From the human T2T-CHM13v2.0 reference genome, Homo sapiens: a stretch of 64,000 nucleotides of DNA. Each line of letters begins with the position of its first letter. Position 1 is the stretch's first letter. Of the stretch, positions 1 through 11,824 are shown one piece after another. Made by a program: the position numbers and the translations under genes. The DNA lies in the NCBI RefSeq assembly GCF_009914755.1, contig NC_060930.1; one strand, 5' to 3'. The notes under the pieces were generated by a model. The model searched no databases and was not told where the DNA came from. It worked only from the letters and a program-made list of their open reading frames with translations.

Positions 1-239
1 CTAGTAAATGAACACGCTGAGTTTCTCCTTGCAAATTTAAATAAGTCTTCTGCTTGCTTTTATCATCAAAAAGTCCTAACTCTATACCAAAATGTGAGTT
101 TTCTAATTTGCCATACCATAGAAGAAGGGTGTGTATGCAGTAAGTACAAAAGGAAAATAAATGTCTTCCTTTCAGTGAAAGAGCTCTTAGACCCACTGCT
201 TTTTATTCACTGTGCTGCTTGAAGTGAGGTTAGAAAAGG

Positions 240-365
240 AAAGCTCACTGGGCTAAGAGTCAGGAGACCCAGGTCTAGTCCTGCTTGTGCCGGTCACTAT
301 ATGGGTGACTTTGGGAAAGTCATTTGCCTCTCCAGAGTTCATTCTCCTCAATTATAAATGAAAAT
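240..365 (+). mobile_element. MIR fragment
   Basis: gagtcaggagacccaggtctagtcc...gtgactttgggaaagtcattt...ctc resembles the MIR core. Confidence 0.65.
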
Positions 366-1659
366 GTTACAACTGAAAATTTATATATTATCAGCTCTAG
401 TATGTTTCTAGTATTGCATTCGTTTCTCCACTTCGTAACTTTCATGGTTTTTCCAGTGGTCAGATTTGGGCAGAAAGCACTGATTCAAGAACACAGATTT
501 CCAAGTAGAGAGGTGCAGGGTAAATAAACCTCCATGTAAGCCCGCGGTGAGCGCAGACTGTGAGTGACGAACACGGTGTCAGTGTAAGCTGGAGGTGGTG
601 GGCCAGGAGGATTAAACAGGGTAAGGCAGCTTACCACTGTGCCTGGCGATGCGCAGAGTAAGTGCTCAGTAAACGGTAGCTGCTGTTATTAGCACTGTTA
701 TTATCATTGTCAGCAAAGAACACCTAGACAGCCTTGAGCACTGGAAGGCACCTCAGAGACTGTCACAGGGGTTCCTTGCTAGGATTCCAAGGACCCCAGT
801 TTCAGCAGCTTCACGAACACCCTGAATTGCACACAGATGGCGTGTGTGTGCACATCCTATATTTCTTACACCTTTCAGTAGAGAGGGTCCCTAGTTTCCT
901 TGGCTTCCTCAGAGAAAATGTAACAAATGAGCACAGTGCCTGGTCCAGAGGGTGGCCTACCTTAGGGCCAGGTGTGCTGACGGAGGTACCTTGAGCTGAT
1001 ACTCATTTCCCTCCCTCCTCAGAACTGTCTTCTCAACCACCTTCTCTCTCCTACAAAGATATGCCAAGTGCTCTTTAGGGACAGTACCAACACTTGACAA
1101 ATTCAGCTCAGCATGAATGTCATTGAGCCCATGCCCCGTACCAAGGCCCAGGCTAGCGAGTGTAAGGAGTACAAAAACAAGTGGGTGTGGTCGCTGCCCT
1201 TGGGACTCACATTCTAGTGGAGAAGTCAAACAGACCCAGCTCAGATACAGAGCGGCGCAGGGCAGAGTGCTGAGTCTAGGATTACAGTGCAGGCTCATGG
1301 AAGGAGGTGGAATTTGTGCTGGGCCTATGTCAGAAACTCACAAGCAGGGAGAAGCACGTGGGGAGGTCAGCAGTCCAGGCAGAGGCAGGAGCATCATGTC
1401 AGCAGATCGGTGGGAAATCTGGTGGGACTGGAGTCTCTGGAGTGGAGACAGGGAGGAAACAGTGAAAGGAAGATCAGAGACAAGAGGGTAGGGCAGAGCT
1501 GTGGCTAGCTTCTGAATACTGAACCTGAGAGGTTTGAGTTTATCAGGTAAAGGAGGAGGACCCTTCACAGATGCTGTTCAGAGTCGTGGGATCCCGCTGG
1601 GAAGTGTGGCTGAGCTTTGCTGTGTTGTTCATCCACTTCTGTTTTCTGACTTGGTGTTA

Positions 1660-2690
1660 GCCACATTTTTTTATGGTAAAATTCAAAAACATAAAATTTA
1701 CCATTTCAACCATTTTTACAGTGGCATTATCTAACATTCACAGTGTTATGCAACCATCACCACCATCTATCTATATAACTGTTTTAATCTTGCAAAACTA
1801 AAACTCTGTATCCATTAAACACCAACTCCCCAGCTCCCCTCCCAGCCCCGGACAACCACCATTCTACTCTCTGTTTCTGTGACTCTGACCAGTCTAGGTA
1901 CCTCATGTGAGTGGAACCATGCAGCATTTTTCTTTGTGGCTGGCTTCATTCACTTAGGAAATGTCCTCAAGCTTCATGCATGTTGTAGCATGTGATGTGA
2001 TTCCCTTCCTTTTCAAGGCTGACTATTCCATTGTGTAGCTAGACCACAGTTGGGTTATCCACTCATCTGCTCATGGGTGCCTGGCTTACTTCCACCTTTT
2101 AGCTATTGTGAATAATGCTGCAGTGAACACGTGGGTAGAAATATTTCTTCAACACCCTGTTTTAGTTCTTTTGGGTATATACTCAGAAACGGAATTGCTG
2201 GATCATATGGTAATTCTATCTTTAATTTTTTTGAAGAATCACGATTTTTTTTTTTTTTTTTTTGAGACAGACTCTCACTCTATCACCAGGCTGGAGTGCA
2301 GTGGCACGATCTTGGCTCACTCTGCAAGCTCCGCCTCCTGGGTTCAAGTGATTCTCCTGCCTCAGCCTCCTGAGTAGCTGGGATTACAGGCACCCACCAC
2401 CACGCCTGGCTAATTTTTGTATTTTTAGTAGAGAAGGGGTTTCACCATGTTGGCCAGGCTGGTCTTGAACTCCTGACCTCAGGTGATCACCTGCATCAGC
2501 CTCCCAAAGTGCTGGGATTACAGGTGTGAGCCACCGCACCTGGCCCACTATACTCTTTATAGGAGCAGCTGCACCATTTCACATTCCCACCAGCAGTGCA
2601 CAAGGGCTTCATTTTTTCCACATCTTTGTCAATATGTGTTATTTCTTTTTTTTTTTTTAATCATAGGCATCCTAATGGGTATGAGGTGGT
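1660..2690 (-). mobile_element. Old L1M 3' fragment interrupted by an Alu
   Basis: L1M 3'-end text (ccattctactctctgtttct, gtgaataatgctgc, cattcccaccagcagtg, catcctaatgggtatgaggtgg). Confidence 0.8.
2245..2545 (-). mobile_element. Alu (S-type)
   Basis: Poly-T followed by both Alu arms in antisense. Confidence 0.93.
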
Positions 2691-2840
2691 TTAGCCAGAT
2701 TTGAAAGAAGAAAAGTTTAAAGGGTGGCATAGGATAATTAACTTAATGTTTGGCATAAAGCCCTGCTTTTTTGCCATGCTGTATTTTTTTCTCTTGCTTT
2801 TGATCTAGAATTACTTACCTGTGTGTTTCTCTCTATGCAG

Positions 2841-2993
2841 ATGAATCTATAAAATATACCATATACAATAGTACTGGCATTCAGATTGGAGCCTACAATT
2901 ATATGGAGATTGGTGGGACGAGTTCATCACTACTAGACAGCACAAATACGAACTTCAAAGAAGAGCCAGCTGCTAAGTACCAAGCTATCTTTG
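2841..2993 (+). CDS. RIPK1: RIPK1 penultimate coding exon (153 nt) containing the RHIM motif
   Basis: Acceptor ctctatgcag|AT, donor TTTG|gtaaga. Translates (D)ESIKYTIYNSTGIQIGAYNYMEIGGTSSSLLDSTNTNFKEEPAAKYQAIF; RHIM core IQIG at 2879-2890. Phase matches the next exon. Not in the ORF track. Confidence 0.97.
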
Positions 2994-3559
2994 GTAAGAT
3001 ACCCTGGAAGGACTCAACGCCTAGCAACCTTGAACTTTCTTACTTGTGAGAAGGACATAGTGGAATCTTAAAATTTCTCTGATAATTCTTCTTGAAAGTT
3101 TTCTTATGTTACTTCTGCAAAATATCTTTGTAATTTCCATATAATTCCTTTGTCATTTATTTATTTTTAATATGGAGATAATCACAGTATTTAATTTATG
3201 GATTTGTTGTGAAAATTAAATGAGTTGATATGTATAAAAAGCTTAGAACACTGCCTGGCACATAGTAAGTTCTATAAAAAGTGTTAAACTTTCATCATCA
3301 TCATCATCAGTATTACTTCTCAGACCCAGAAGAAATAGCTGTGTCAGGCCCTCATCGAAGGAGATCCTGTAAAAGATAGAAGACTGTGCCCTCCACAGCA
3401 CTTCTGTAATAAAATCAAGAGGGCTATCTCTTATAGGGTTCTATGGTGCAGCCCATAATGCTAATCCCAAAGTACAGTCTGGAAAAAGTCATGAGGCCAA
3501 AACGACTTGATTAAGAACTCAGCTTTCTAATTAACCATGGGATTGGCGCTTTTTTTTTT

Positions 3560-3765
3560 TTTTTCTGTAAAGGAACCAATAGTAAATGTTAGGCCCTGCT
3601 GGCTTTGAGGTCTCTTGGAACTACTCACCTCTCTTATTGTAGTGCAAAAGCAACCACAGACAATATGTACATGAATGAGCACGGCTGTGTTCCAATAAAA
3701 GTGGATTTACAAATGCTGGCAGGAGTCAGATTTGGCCCACAGGCCATAGTTGGCCAACCTCTGGT
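3560..3765 (+). mobile_element. MER58-type hAT-Charlie MITE
   Basis: ttttctgtaaagg...gtgcaaaagcaaccacagacaat...ggctgtgttccaataaaa...gatttggcccacaggccatagtt matches the recalled MER58A consensus. Confidence 0.75.
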
Positions 3766-4570
3766 CTAACCCATTTGAAGGACAGCTTTTAAAATACCTA
3801 GAACAGAACTTGCGAATGGTCAGGGGCACCTGTGAGAATCTAATGAAACCCAGGATCTACCCCCTACAGAAATATTGACAAAATTTGGAAAATATCTTGG
3901 GAAGTTCTTGGACTGCTGACAATCTATAAGATATGGATAGAGAGAGAGCCACATCACAGAGGGCTGAGGAAAGAAGAGAGGTGGGAAGGAAGAATGAAAT
4001 GTTTTCTTCCTTATATTCTGTTTAATGAGGTAGTGTGGGGATTAAGGAATTTTTTTTGTTGTGGTTGTTGTACATTTTCATTTGTTTCCTTTTATTATTT
4101 TTATGAAGGGCGAAGGGAAGGAACCAGTAGAAGGAGAGAGGTTATGGCTATTGGAGAAGAGGCAATGTCGGTCGGCAGTGGGGTGGAGTAAAGGAGGGGT
4201 TAGGGTCCAAAAACAGACCTTGAAGAGTATAGTTACCTCGTCGCTTGAAAGACAAGGAAGGCTTTGTAACTGAATGGGTTCACGCCTGCTGGACAATTCC
4301 TTGATTAAGTAAGAGGAAAGTGAACTGTTGGGCTGGGGTGGTGGTCAGGAGTTGAGCGGCTTTAACTCTGGCCAGATGTAAGCGGAGAATGTCTAAAAGG
4401 AACAAAAATGGTGGTTTTCCCTTTACACCCAGGAAGGTCTAATACCAACAGGATCACTGGCTAAGATTGACTAGAACACCCAACCTCGTAGCCACACAGG
4501 GGTTTTGTTCACAGAGCCATCAGCTGTGGCTCAGGGATGTGTCTACTAGGAGGAAGGAATGCCTTATTCT

Positions 4571-4877
4571 TTTTTGTTTTGTTTTTGAGACAACATCCTG
4601 CTCTGTGGCCCAGGCTGAAGTACAGGGGCACAGTCATGGCTCACTGCAGCCTCGAACTCCTGAGTTCAAGTGATCCTCCTGTCTCAGCCTCCTCAGTAAC
4701 TGGGACTACAGGCATGTGCCACCATACCCAGCTAATTAAAAAAAATTTTTTTTTTGGTAGAGACAGGTTCTTGCTGTGTTGCCCAGGACTGGTCTAGAAC
4801 TCCCGGGTTCAAGTGATCCTCCTGCCTTGGCCTCCCAAAGTGTTGGGATTATAGGCATGAGCCACCACGCCAGGCCG
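4571..4877 (-). mobile_element. AluJ with TSD ggaatgcc(t/c)tattct
   Basis: J-type diagnostics; TSD copies at ~4556-4570 and ~4878-4892. Confidence 0.9.
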
Positions 4878-5090
4878 GGAATGCCCTATTCTAATTCACA
4901 TAAAGACTCCATGTGGGCTAGCAGGCATGTGAAATGTCTGCCAGTGCATCAACAGCTATATAACTAAGAAGTTATCTTTTTCACTGTCTTCTGGTACTCT
5001 TCATTTCACTTGGGTTTTTTAGCAATTCAGGAAGCTGGAATGTTTGAATGGGTTTTAGCTTGATACCTTCTTCTTTTTCCCATTTGGCAG

Positions 5091-5377
5091 ATAATACCAC
5101 TAGTCTGACGGATAAACACCTGGACCCAATCAGGGAAAATCTGGGAAAGCACTGGAAAAACTGTGCCCGTAAACTGGGCTTCACACAGTCTCAGATTGAT
5201 GAAATTGACCATGACTATGAGCGAGATGGACTGAAAGAAAAGGTTTACCAGATGCTCCAAAAGTGGGTGATGAGGGAAGGCATAAAGGGAGCCACGGTGG
5301 GGAAGCTGGCCCAGGCGCTCCACCAGTGTTCCAGGATCGACCTTCTGAGCAGCTTGATTTACGTCAGCCAGAACTAA
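5091..5377 (+). CDS. RIPK1: RIPK1 last coding exon: death domain and stop
   Basis: Acceptor catttggcag|AT. Translates (D)[30 protein letters not shown]...[11 protein letters not shown], the RIPK1 death domain C-terminus. Confidence 0.98.
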
Positions 5378-5551
5378 CCCTGGATGGGCTACGGCAGCTG
5401 AAGTGGACGCCTCACTTAGTGGATAACCCCAGAAAGTTGGCTGCCTCAGAGCATTCAGAATTCTGTCCTCACTGATAGGGGTTCTGTGTCTGCAGAAATT
5501 TTGTTTCCTGTACTTCATAGCTGGAGAATGGGGAAAGAAATCTGCAGCAAA

Positions 5552-5662
5552 GGGGTCTCACTCTGTTGCCAGGCTGGTCTCAAACTTCTGGACTCAAGTG
5601 ATCCTCCCGCCTCGGCCTTCCAAAGTGCTGGGATATCAGGCACTGAGCCACTGCGCCCAGCC
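5552..5662 (-). mobile_element. Alu monomer (FLAM-like) in RIPK1 3'UTR
   Basis: Single antisense left arm. Confidence 0.85.
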
Positions 5663-6727
5663 AACAATCCGCTCTGAGGAAAGCGTAAGCAGGAAGACCT
5701 CTTAATGGCATAGCACCAATAAAAAAATGACTCCTAGTTGTGTTTGGAAAGGGAGAGAAGAGATGTCTGAGGAAGGTCATGTTCTTTCAGCTTATGGCAT
5801 TTCCTAGAGTTTTGTTGAAGCAAGAAGAAAAACTCAGAGAATATAAAATCAACTTTTAAAATTGTGTGCTCTCTTCTTCACGTAGGCTCCTGTTAAAAAC
5901 AAAGTGCAGTCAGATTCTAAGCCCTGTTCAGAGACTTCGTGGATCACAGCTGCAGCTCACCGCCACATCACAGGATCCGTTAACGTTAATACCCAATACT
6001 CTGTCAGCCACTGTAGGCTCTAAGAACCACGTGCAGTCTTCAGCCCATTAAATTATCGATTATTTTTTAATGAATTGAATTTATATTGAGTCTTCAAATT
6101 AACTGAATGGATTTAAAGGGGTACCAAGGAGGGGGGAAACATCAGAATTTCCCAGGCAGTTGTTGCAAGGAATTGGTACTAACCGTGACTACAACAAAAA
6201 TTCTTGATTGACTTTTAAAGTTATTTCCTGGCATTCTGGTACCTTCACCCAGCCTGAGTGCCCTGGAGAGGGAACAGGAAATGCTGATCTCTACCCCTGG
6301 GTGAGACCAGAACCTCAGGGCTGATACTGTTGAGTGGCTTCCTCGGTTTACTCTGTGTACTGTGAAAGTATTTTCATATTTTTTCTGTGTGCCAGAGTGA
6401 AAAAGGACAGCTTCTGAGTGTGGTAATTGTGCCTCTAGCACCCAGCCTTTCAAAGCCCACCTGAAACCTGGGGGTGGATGAAAGAACTAGAATAGAAGAC
6501 TGAAGCTGGGTAGGCCGCTCAGTGTCCACTGGCATTTTGCTAAACCGACAAGGAAGGCTGTGTGCTTAGCTCTCCCCAGAGGGAGGGCGAGAAGGGTGTG
6601 GTGATGGTCAATCTGGCTGTCGGAACAGATTCTGGTGTCTTGGGCTGATAACAGTGTTGTTGATTCTGATTGTGAATCCCCTCAACTCTAGCAGACACAT
6701 ACACACCCCTGAAATGGGGCTGCAGAG

Positions 6728-6952
6728 CAGGCTGTCTCAGCCTTGCCACTGTCGGCATCTCGGGCTGGGTAATTCTGTTGTGGGGACTGTCCTGTTCCTT
6801 GTAGGATGTTTAGTAGCATCCCTGCCCCCACCTACTAGATGCCAGGGGCACTGTTCTCCCCAGCCCCCCGCCCCAGTTGTGACAATAGTCTCTAAACATT
6901 GTCAAATGGTCCAAGGAAAGGGGAAAATTGCCCCGGTTGAGAAGAGCACTGC
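6728..6952 (-). mobile_element. MER20 DNA transposon in RIPK1 3'UTR
   Basis: tgtaggatgtttagtagcatccctg...ctagatgccag...ccagttgtgacaa...aaaattgccccggttgagaa matches the reverse of the recalled MER20 consensus. Confidence 0.8.
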
Positions 6953-7205
6953 TGTAAAGTAATGAGCCTCGGCTCTCCTGTCTGCACCTGTCCGGTTACT
7001 ACTTGGCCACCACGCAGCCTTGGCTCCTACAGCCCAAAAGGGAGAATGGAGGGAGGCTCCAGGCTTTGCTGGAGGGGCCTGGGTGAGTTCTGTTTGCTCC
7101 TTGTACCACCATCCAAATGGTGTTATCAAATCTCTTAGATTCCAAAGAGGTTGAATAATTAATGTTCAAAGGCAAGAGGGCAAGGCATTTTTTAACACTT
7201 TTTAA

Positions 7206-7211
7206 AATAAA
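7206..7211 (+). terminator. RIPK1: RIPK1 distal poly(A) signal
   Basis: AATAAA preceded by U-rich tracts and followed by CA dinucleotides and tgatgtgatgtgtc. Confidence 0.75.
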
Positions 7212-7966
7212 AATTTATACCACAACTTTAGGCTATTGATGTGATGTGTCACTGGGACAGATGCGGATTCTCCATGGTGCCTCTGCCACTGAGGCCGCAT
7301 TTCCTGAGCATAATCCCCTTTTACCCTCCCGCTGCCAAGCAGGAGACGGGATGCTGATGGTAAGAACACCTCCCTGCCAGTGCATTTTGGCGCTCAGGAT
7401 GAGAGGCCTGCAGCACTGCTGTCCCCGCGCCTGGCTCTGGGGCCTTCCCTTCACCCCCACTCTCTCAGCACCATGGTGAGAAGAACCAAGTTTGCCTGTG
7501 AGGAGTTAGGTACAAGGCCCAAGCTCCACAAGAACACTGCTGTTAATGGGCAGAGCCAATGACGACACAGACCAGCAAAGCAGAACCGAGACTGTCCGCA
7601 CTTGGTTCGGAAACAAATACTCACACCCTAGGTTATTGCTGGTAACGGAGACCTCCTTCCAGCTCCCACAGTCCTGCTTGGTAGATTTTCTACTTGTTGC
7701 TACAATCATCATCTTTGCTTTGGGTCTGTCACGTGAGGTTAGGGTTTCAGGAATAAAATGTTTAATAAATCACAAAATATTTTAGGCAGTATTTTGATGT
7801 ACATTTTAATGTGTGGTATTTATGAAAGGGAAAGGGTTTTCTAATTATAATAAAGGCATAAATAGTGTAAATATTCAAGATTTTAGAAGCAGCTGATTTC
7901 AGAGAAATCACTGAAAGGTTAATGCTACTACAGTGATTTTTACAATATGCAATAATCCAAGTATAC

Positions 7967-8220
7967 GACCAGGTATAGTGGCTCATGCCTGTAATCCCAG
8001 CACTTTGGGAGGCCAAGCTGGGAGGATCGCTTGAGGCCATGAGTTCGAGACCAGTGTGGACAACACAGCAAGACCCTATCTCCACAAAAACATTAAAAAA
8101 TATTAGCCAGGTGTGGTGGTGTATGCCTGTAGTCCTAGCTTCTTGGCAGGCTAAGGTGGGAGGATCACTTGAGCCCAGGAGTTTGAGGCTGTGGGGAGCT
8201 GTGATCACACCGTGCCTCAA
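7967..8220 (+). mobile_element. AluJ with 3' deletion
   Basis: Both arms are present; the end of the right arm is shortened. Confidence 0.85.
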
Positions 8221-8609
8221 TAATAATAGCAATCATCATCATCATCATCAAGTATAGAGTCCTGAAATTGAGAGCTCAAAACTCCCCCCTGCCCCTTCTC
8301 AGCTGTGTTACCCAGGCCTTGCTTCCTAACCTTTCGCCGTCATTATGCAAGTATAGAGTCCTGAAATTGAGCAGCTCAAAATTACTTTTCAGCTGTGTTA
8401 CCTAGGGCTTGCTTCCTAACCTTTCTTAGCCTCAGTTGCCTCATCTATAAATGGAGAGTGCAATAGCACAGAAGGCTAATGTGAAGATTAAAGAAATATG
8501 ATATATCATAAGGTGCCTGGCACAAAAATGGCAGTTTTTTTAAACTGTACGATCTTGCTATATATAAAGAACTGGTTGTCAGGTATGTTACTTAAAAATA
8601 GTGACACCA

Positions 8610-8928
<319 letters not shown>

Positions 8929-9529
8929 TCAGTGCTACCGTTTTTTATTAGCACAAGGGTAACTGGTGTTGAAACTGTACAGACAGCTATTTTTATCATT
9001 TCTGAGATGAAACCCCAATCAACATATCAGGAAAAAAGGAAATACTGACCTCACCAAAGATTTCTGAAAGTCAAACGATATTAAACTCAAACATTATATA
9101 TGTCTCTTTCCTTTTATGCAGGAATTAATGTGATAGATTTATGTTGAGAGTAGAATATGAAAACTTTTGCATAGTCTGTATTTAGGCCAAAACTGCCTTT
9201 ACTACTCAAGAAAGTCCAATGGGCCAGTGAGGACACTGCAGGTGACAGAAATTTCTATGAGTGTAACACCTACAAGCACTGTGCTCACAGGACTGACTGT
9301 TACACCAAAAAGGTCTCTTGGAGGAGAAGAAATGCAATATGCAAAGAAGCTGTTGTCTCCAATTATTCAAGCCAAGGCTACAACAGTAGCCACAAATCTG
9401 CCAGTTATTTCCAATTAAGGCAGAACGATTGACTTAAAAAGCAATAGTTGTTTTTTTTCTCCACTGAGCTTTCAATTAGATAATGTCTATAACCTTTATA
9501 AAGCTGCAATTATACAGCCAAAAGAAAAA

Positions 9530-10255
9530 AAATTAATTGTGGTAAAACATACATAAAACTTACCACTTAAACCACTTTTAGGTGTGTAGTTCAGTGGCAG
9601 TAAGTACACTCACAATGTAATGCAGGCATCACCAAAATCCATCCCCAGGACTTTTTCATCTCTCCAAACTGAAACTCTGTCCCCATGAAACACCAACTTT
9701 CCATTCCCCCTTCCACCAGCCCTCAACAACCCCCATTCTATTTTCTGTCCCTATAAGTTTGACTCCTCTAGGTACCTTATTATATAAGTGGAATCACACA
9801 GTATTTGTCTTTTTTTGACTGGCTTACCTCCCTCAGCATAGTGTCCTCCAGGTTCATCCATGTAGTAGCAAGTGTCAGAATTTCGTTCTTTGTTCAGGCT
9901 AAAAAATGTTCCCTTGCATGCACAGACAACATTTTGCTTATCCATGTATCTGTTTTTGGACACTTAAATTGCCTCCACCCTTTTGGCTATTGTGAATAGT
10001 GCCGCTGTCAACGTGAGTGTAAAAACATTTCTTCTTGTACACCCTGTTTTAAATTCTTTTGGGTTATATACCCAGAAAAGAAAATGCTGGATCATATAAC
10101 TGATTTGTTGAGGAACCGCAGTATTGTTCATCACATGGCTGCACCATTTTACATTCCCAACAGCAATATACAAGGGCTTCAATTTCTCTACATCTTCACC
10201 AACACTAATTTCTGGGGGTTTTGCTAGTAGCCATCCTAATGGGCGTGAAGTGGTA
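9530..10255 (-). mobile_element. L1M 3' fragment
   Basis: Same L1M 3'-end motifs as at 1660-2690. Confidence 0.8.
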
Positions 10256-10309
10256 TAAACAAAATTTAGATCCCATCATCTCCGAAAAGCAAATACACTT
10301 CCTAGTACT

Positions 10310-10362
10310 AGTCAGTACTAAATAGGTGCACAGCGTTTAGAACTTTACTTGATCCAACATAG
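10310..10362 (+). repeat. 53-bp direct repeat, copy 1
   Basis: 50/53 identical to 11772-11824. Confidence 0.92.
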
Positions 10363-10369
10363 CAGCCTG

Positions 10370-11110
10370 CCTAGAGCCGGAGCCCCGCCCACTCCGGAGT
10401 CCCGCCTGGACGCCGACGCAGCGAGGGCGCTATGGCTGGCGGCCTCGCCTCCTGGAAAGGCCATGGTCGCTGAGGCGACGAGCGAGGGCGGGGCAGCGCC
10501 GACGGGGACACTCATCCCGGGAGCCAGAGCCAGCACCGAGAGGGGACGGTCTACGCGGGTGCCGGCGGTTCCAGGACTGCGAAACCACGAGCCGAGTTTC
10601 GGTCGCCCATGGGAAAGCACCCGGCAGGGCGTGGCTTCGGGGCGGGGCGGGCAGAGGGCGGAGCAGGATGGAGAGGCGAGGTGGGCGGAGCAGAGGGCGT
10701 GGCTTCGGGGCAGAGTGGGCCGGGTACCGCGCTTGGTCTTAGCGCATGCGCGCTCCCGGCAGCTACGCGACCTGTGACCATGGTGGCTGTGCTGGGCGGC
10801 CGGGGCGTGTTGCGCCTGCGGCTGCTTCTCTCAGCGCTGAAGCCCGGGATCCACGTCCCACGGGCCGGACCCGCGGCCGCGTTCGGGTAATGGCGGCCAC
10901 CTCGCCCCGGGGATCCCCAGCATCGGCGCGCTCGAGGGGCGGCGGGAGGGGCGCGTGCCGACAGCAGGAGTTCCCGGCGCGCGGGCACGGGGCGTGGGCG
11001 CGGCCTGGCTGCCCTGTCGCCCTTTGTGCCGCGAGACCCCGATCCTGGGGGCCAGCCGCGCTTGGTGCTCGAGCCCCTCGATCGTGCATGCGCCTCGGTC
11101 AGCCTCAGTT
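10370..11110 (+). promoter_or_regulatory. BPHL: BPHL CpG-island promoter with GC boxes and NRF1-type palindrome
   Basis: Dense CpG; ggggcggggcggg near 10640; duplicated agggcgtggcttcggggc; GCGCATGCGC at 10742-10751, 30 nt before the ATG. Confidence 0.85.
10780..10886 (+). CDS. BPHL: BPHL coding exon 1 (Arg/Leu-rich, mitochondrial-presequence-like N-terminus)
   Basis: accATGG Kozak; MVAVLGGRGVLRLRLLLSALKPGIHVPRAGPAAAF(G); donor GG|gtaatg. Confidence 0.95.
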
Positions 11111-11404
11111 CAAGGAGTCTGGAGCCGTGGAGGCTTGGGCTATAGAGTGCAGCCCCTTCAGTGTGCAGACCAGAGAGACCCAGGGAGATACATTTGCCTG
11201 TAGTATGGACTCACCCGTGACGGAGCACGGACTAGAATCCCAACGCCCTCATTAGTCCATTGCTCTGTCCAGAGTCCACACTAAGGGCATAAGGACAATA
11301 ATCTCTTCTTTCTCTTATGTCAGAAATCAGCCTGAGCCTGAGTACCGCTAAGGCTTTAATCACGGGTCCCGAGAGCCCTAAGTCTTCTCTTTGCTTGCTG
11401 ATCT

Positions 11405-11515
11405 CGTACCTTAATGTGCAAAAGAATCACGTTGGGAACTGAAAATTCAGAATCCTGGGCCTCACTCCCAGAGGATCTGATCTACATGTGTGGAGATGCC
11501 CAGGAATCTGCTTTA
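11405..11515. mobile_element. MER5-type hAT-Charlie MITE fragment overlapping the BPHL alternative ATG
   Basis: gaatcac..ggga..aaaattcagaatcctgggcc..ccagag..tctgat...gcccaggaatctgc, with the MER5 internal palindrome tcctgggc/gcccagga. Confidence 0.7.
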
Positions 11516-11551
11516 TTCTCTTTTGTCCTCCCACCTGTCCCCCCATTTCAG
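11496..11551 (+). CDS. BPHL: BPHL alternative first coding segment (MPRNLLYSLLSSHLSPHF-S), giving a 274-aa isoform
   Basis: ATG at 11496 and donor AG|gtaaaa at 11551/11552, in the same phase (2) as exon 1, so it splices in frame to 15696. Candidate acceptor tctcttctttctcttatgtcag| at 11323. Matches my recollection of the short BPHL isoform. Confidence 0.8.
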
Positions 11552-11771
11552 GTAAAACAATAACAAAAAAACTGGATTAATTTCTGACCTTCTGTCTTGA
11601 AAATGGATACTCTTGGTCCCAAGAGATACTGGGCAGAAATGTGGATAGAGCGGCATGAAGCTTGTTTTACTTTATTCTCTACATACATCCCTACACACAT
11701 GCAAACACACGTATACAACGAACGTACACAGTGCATGTGCGCAGTTGACTGTTGATGGGCTACTTTCATAA

Positions 11772-11824
11772 AGTCAGTACTAGATAGGTACACAGCGTTT
11801 AGAACTGTACTTGATCCAACATAG
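11772..11824 (+). repeat. 53-bp direct repeat, copy 2
   Basis: 50/53 identical to 10310-10362. Confidence 0.92.

Larger units (their letters stand above)
5378..7228 (+). other. RIPK1: RIPK1 3'UTR
   Basis: Follows the TAA at 5375-5377. AATAAA at 5718-5723 and 7206-7211, with GT-rich sequence after the distal one. End position is approximate. Confidence 0.75.

Noticed and set aside
10345-11255. Multiple overlapping ORFs in the BPHL CpG island
   Set aside because: GC-content artefacts; only 10780-10886 fits the spliced BPHL frame.
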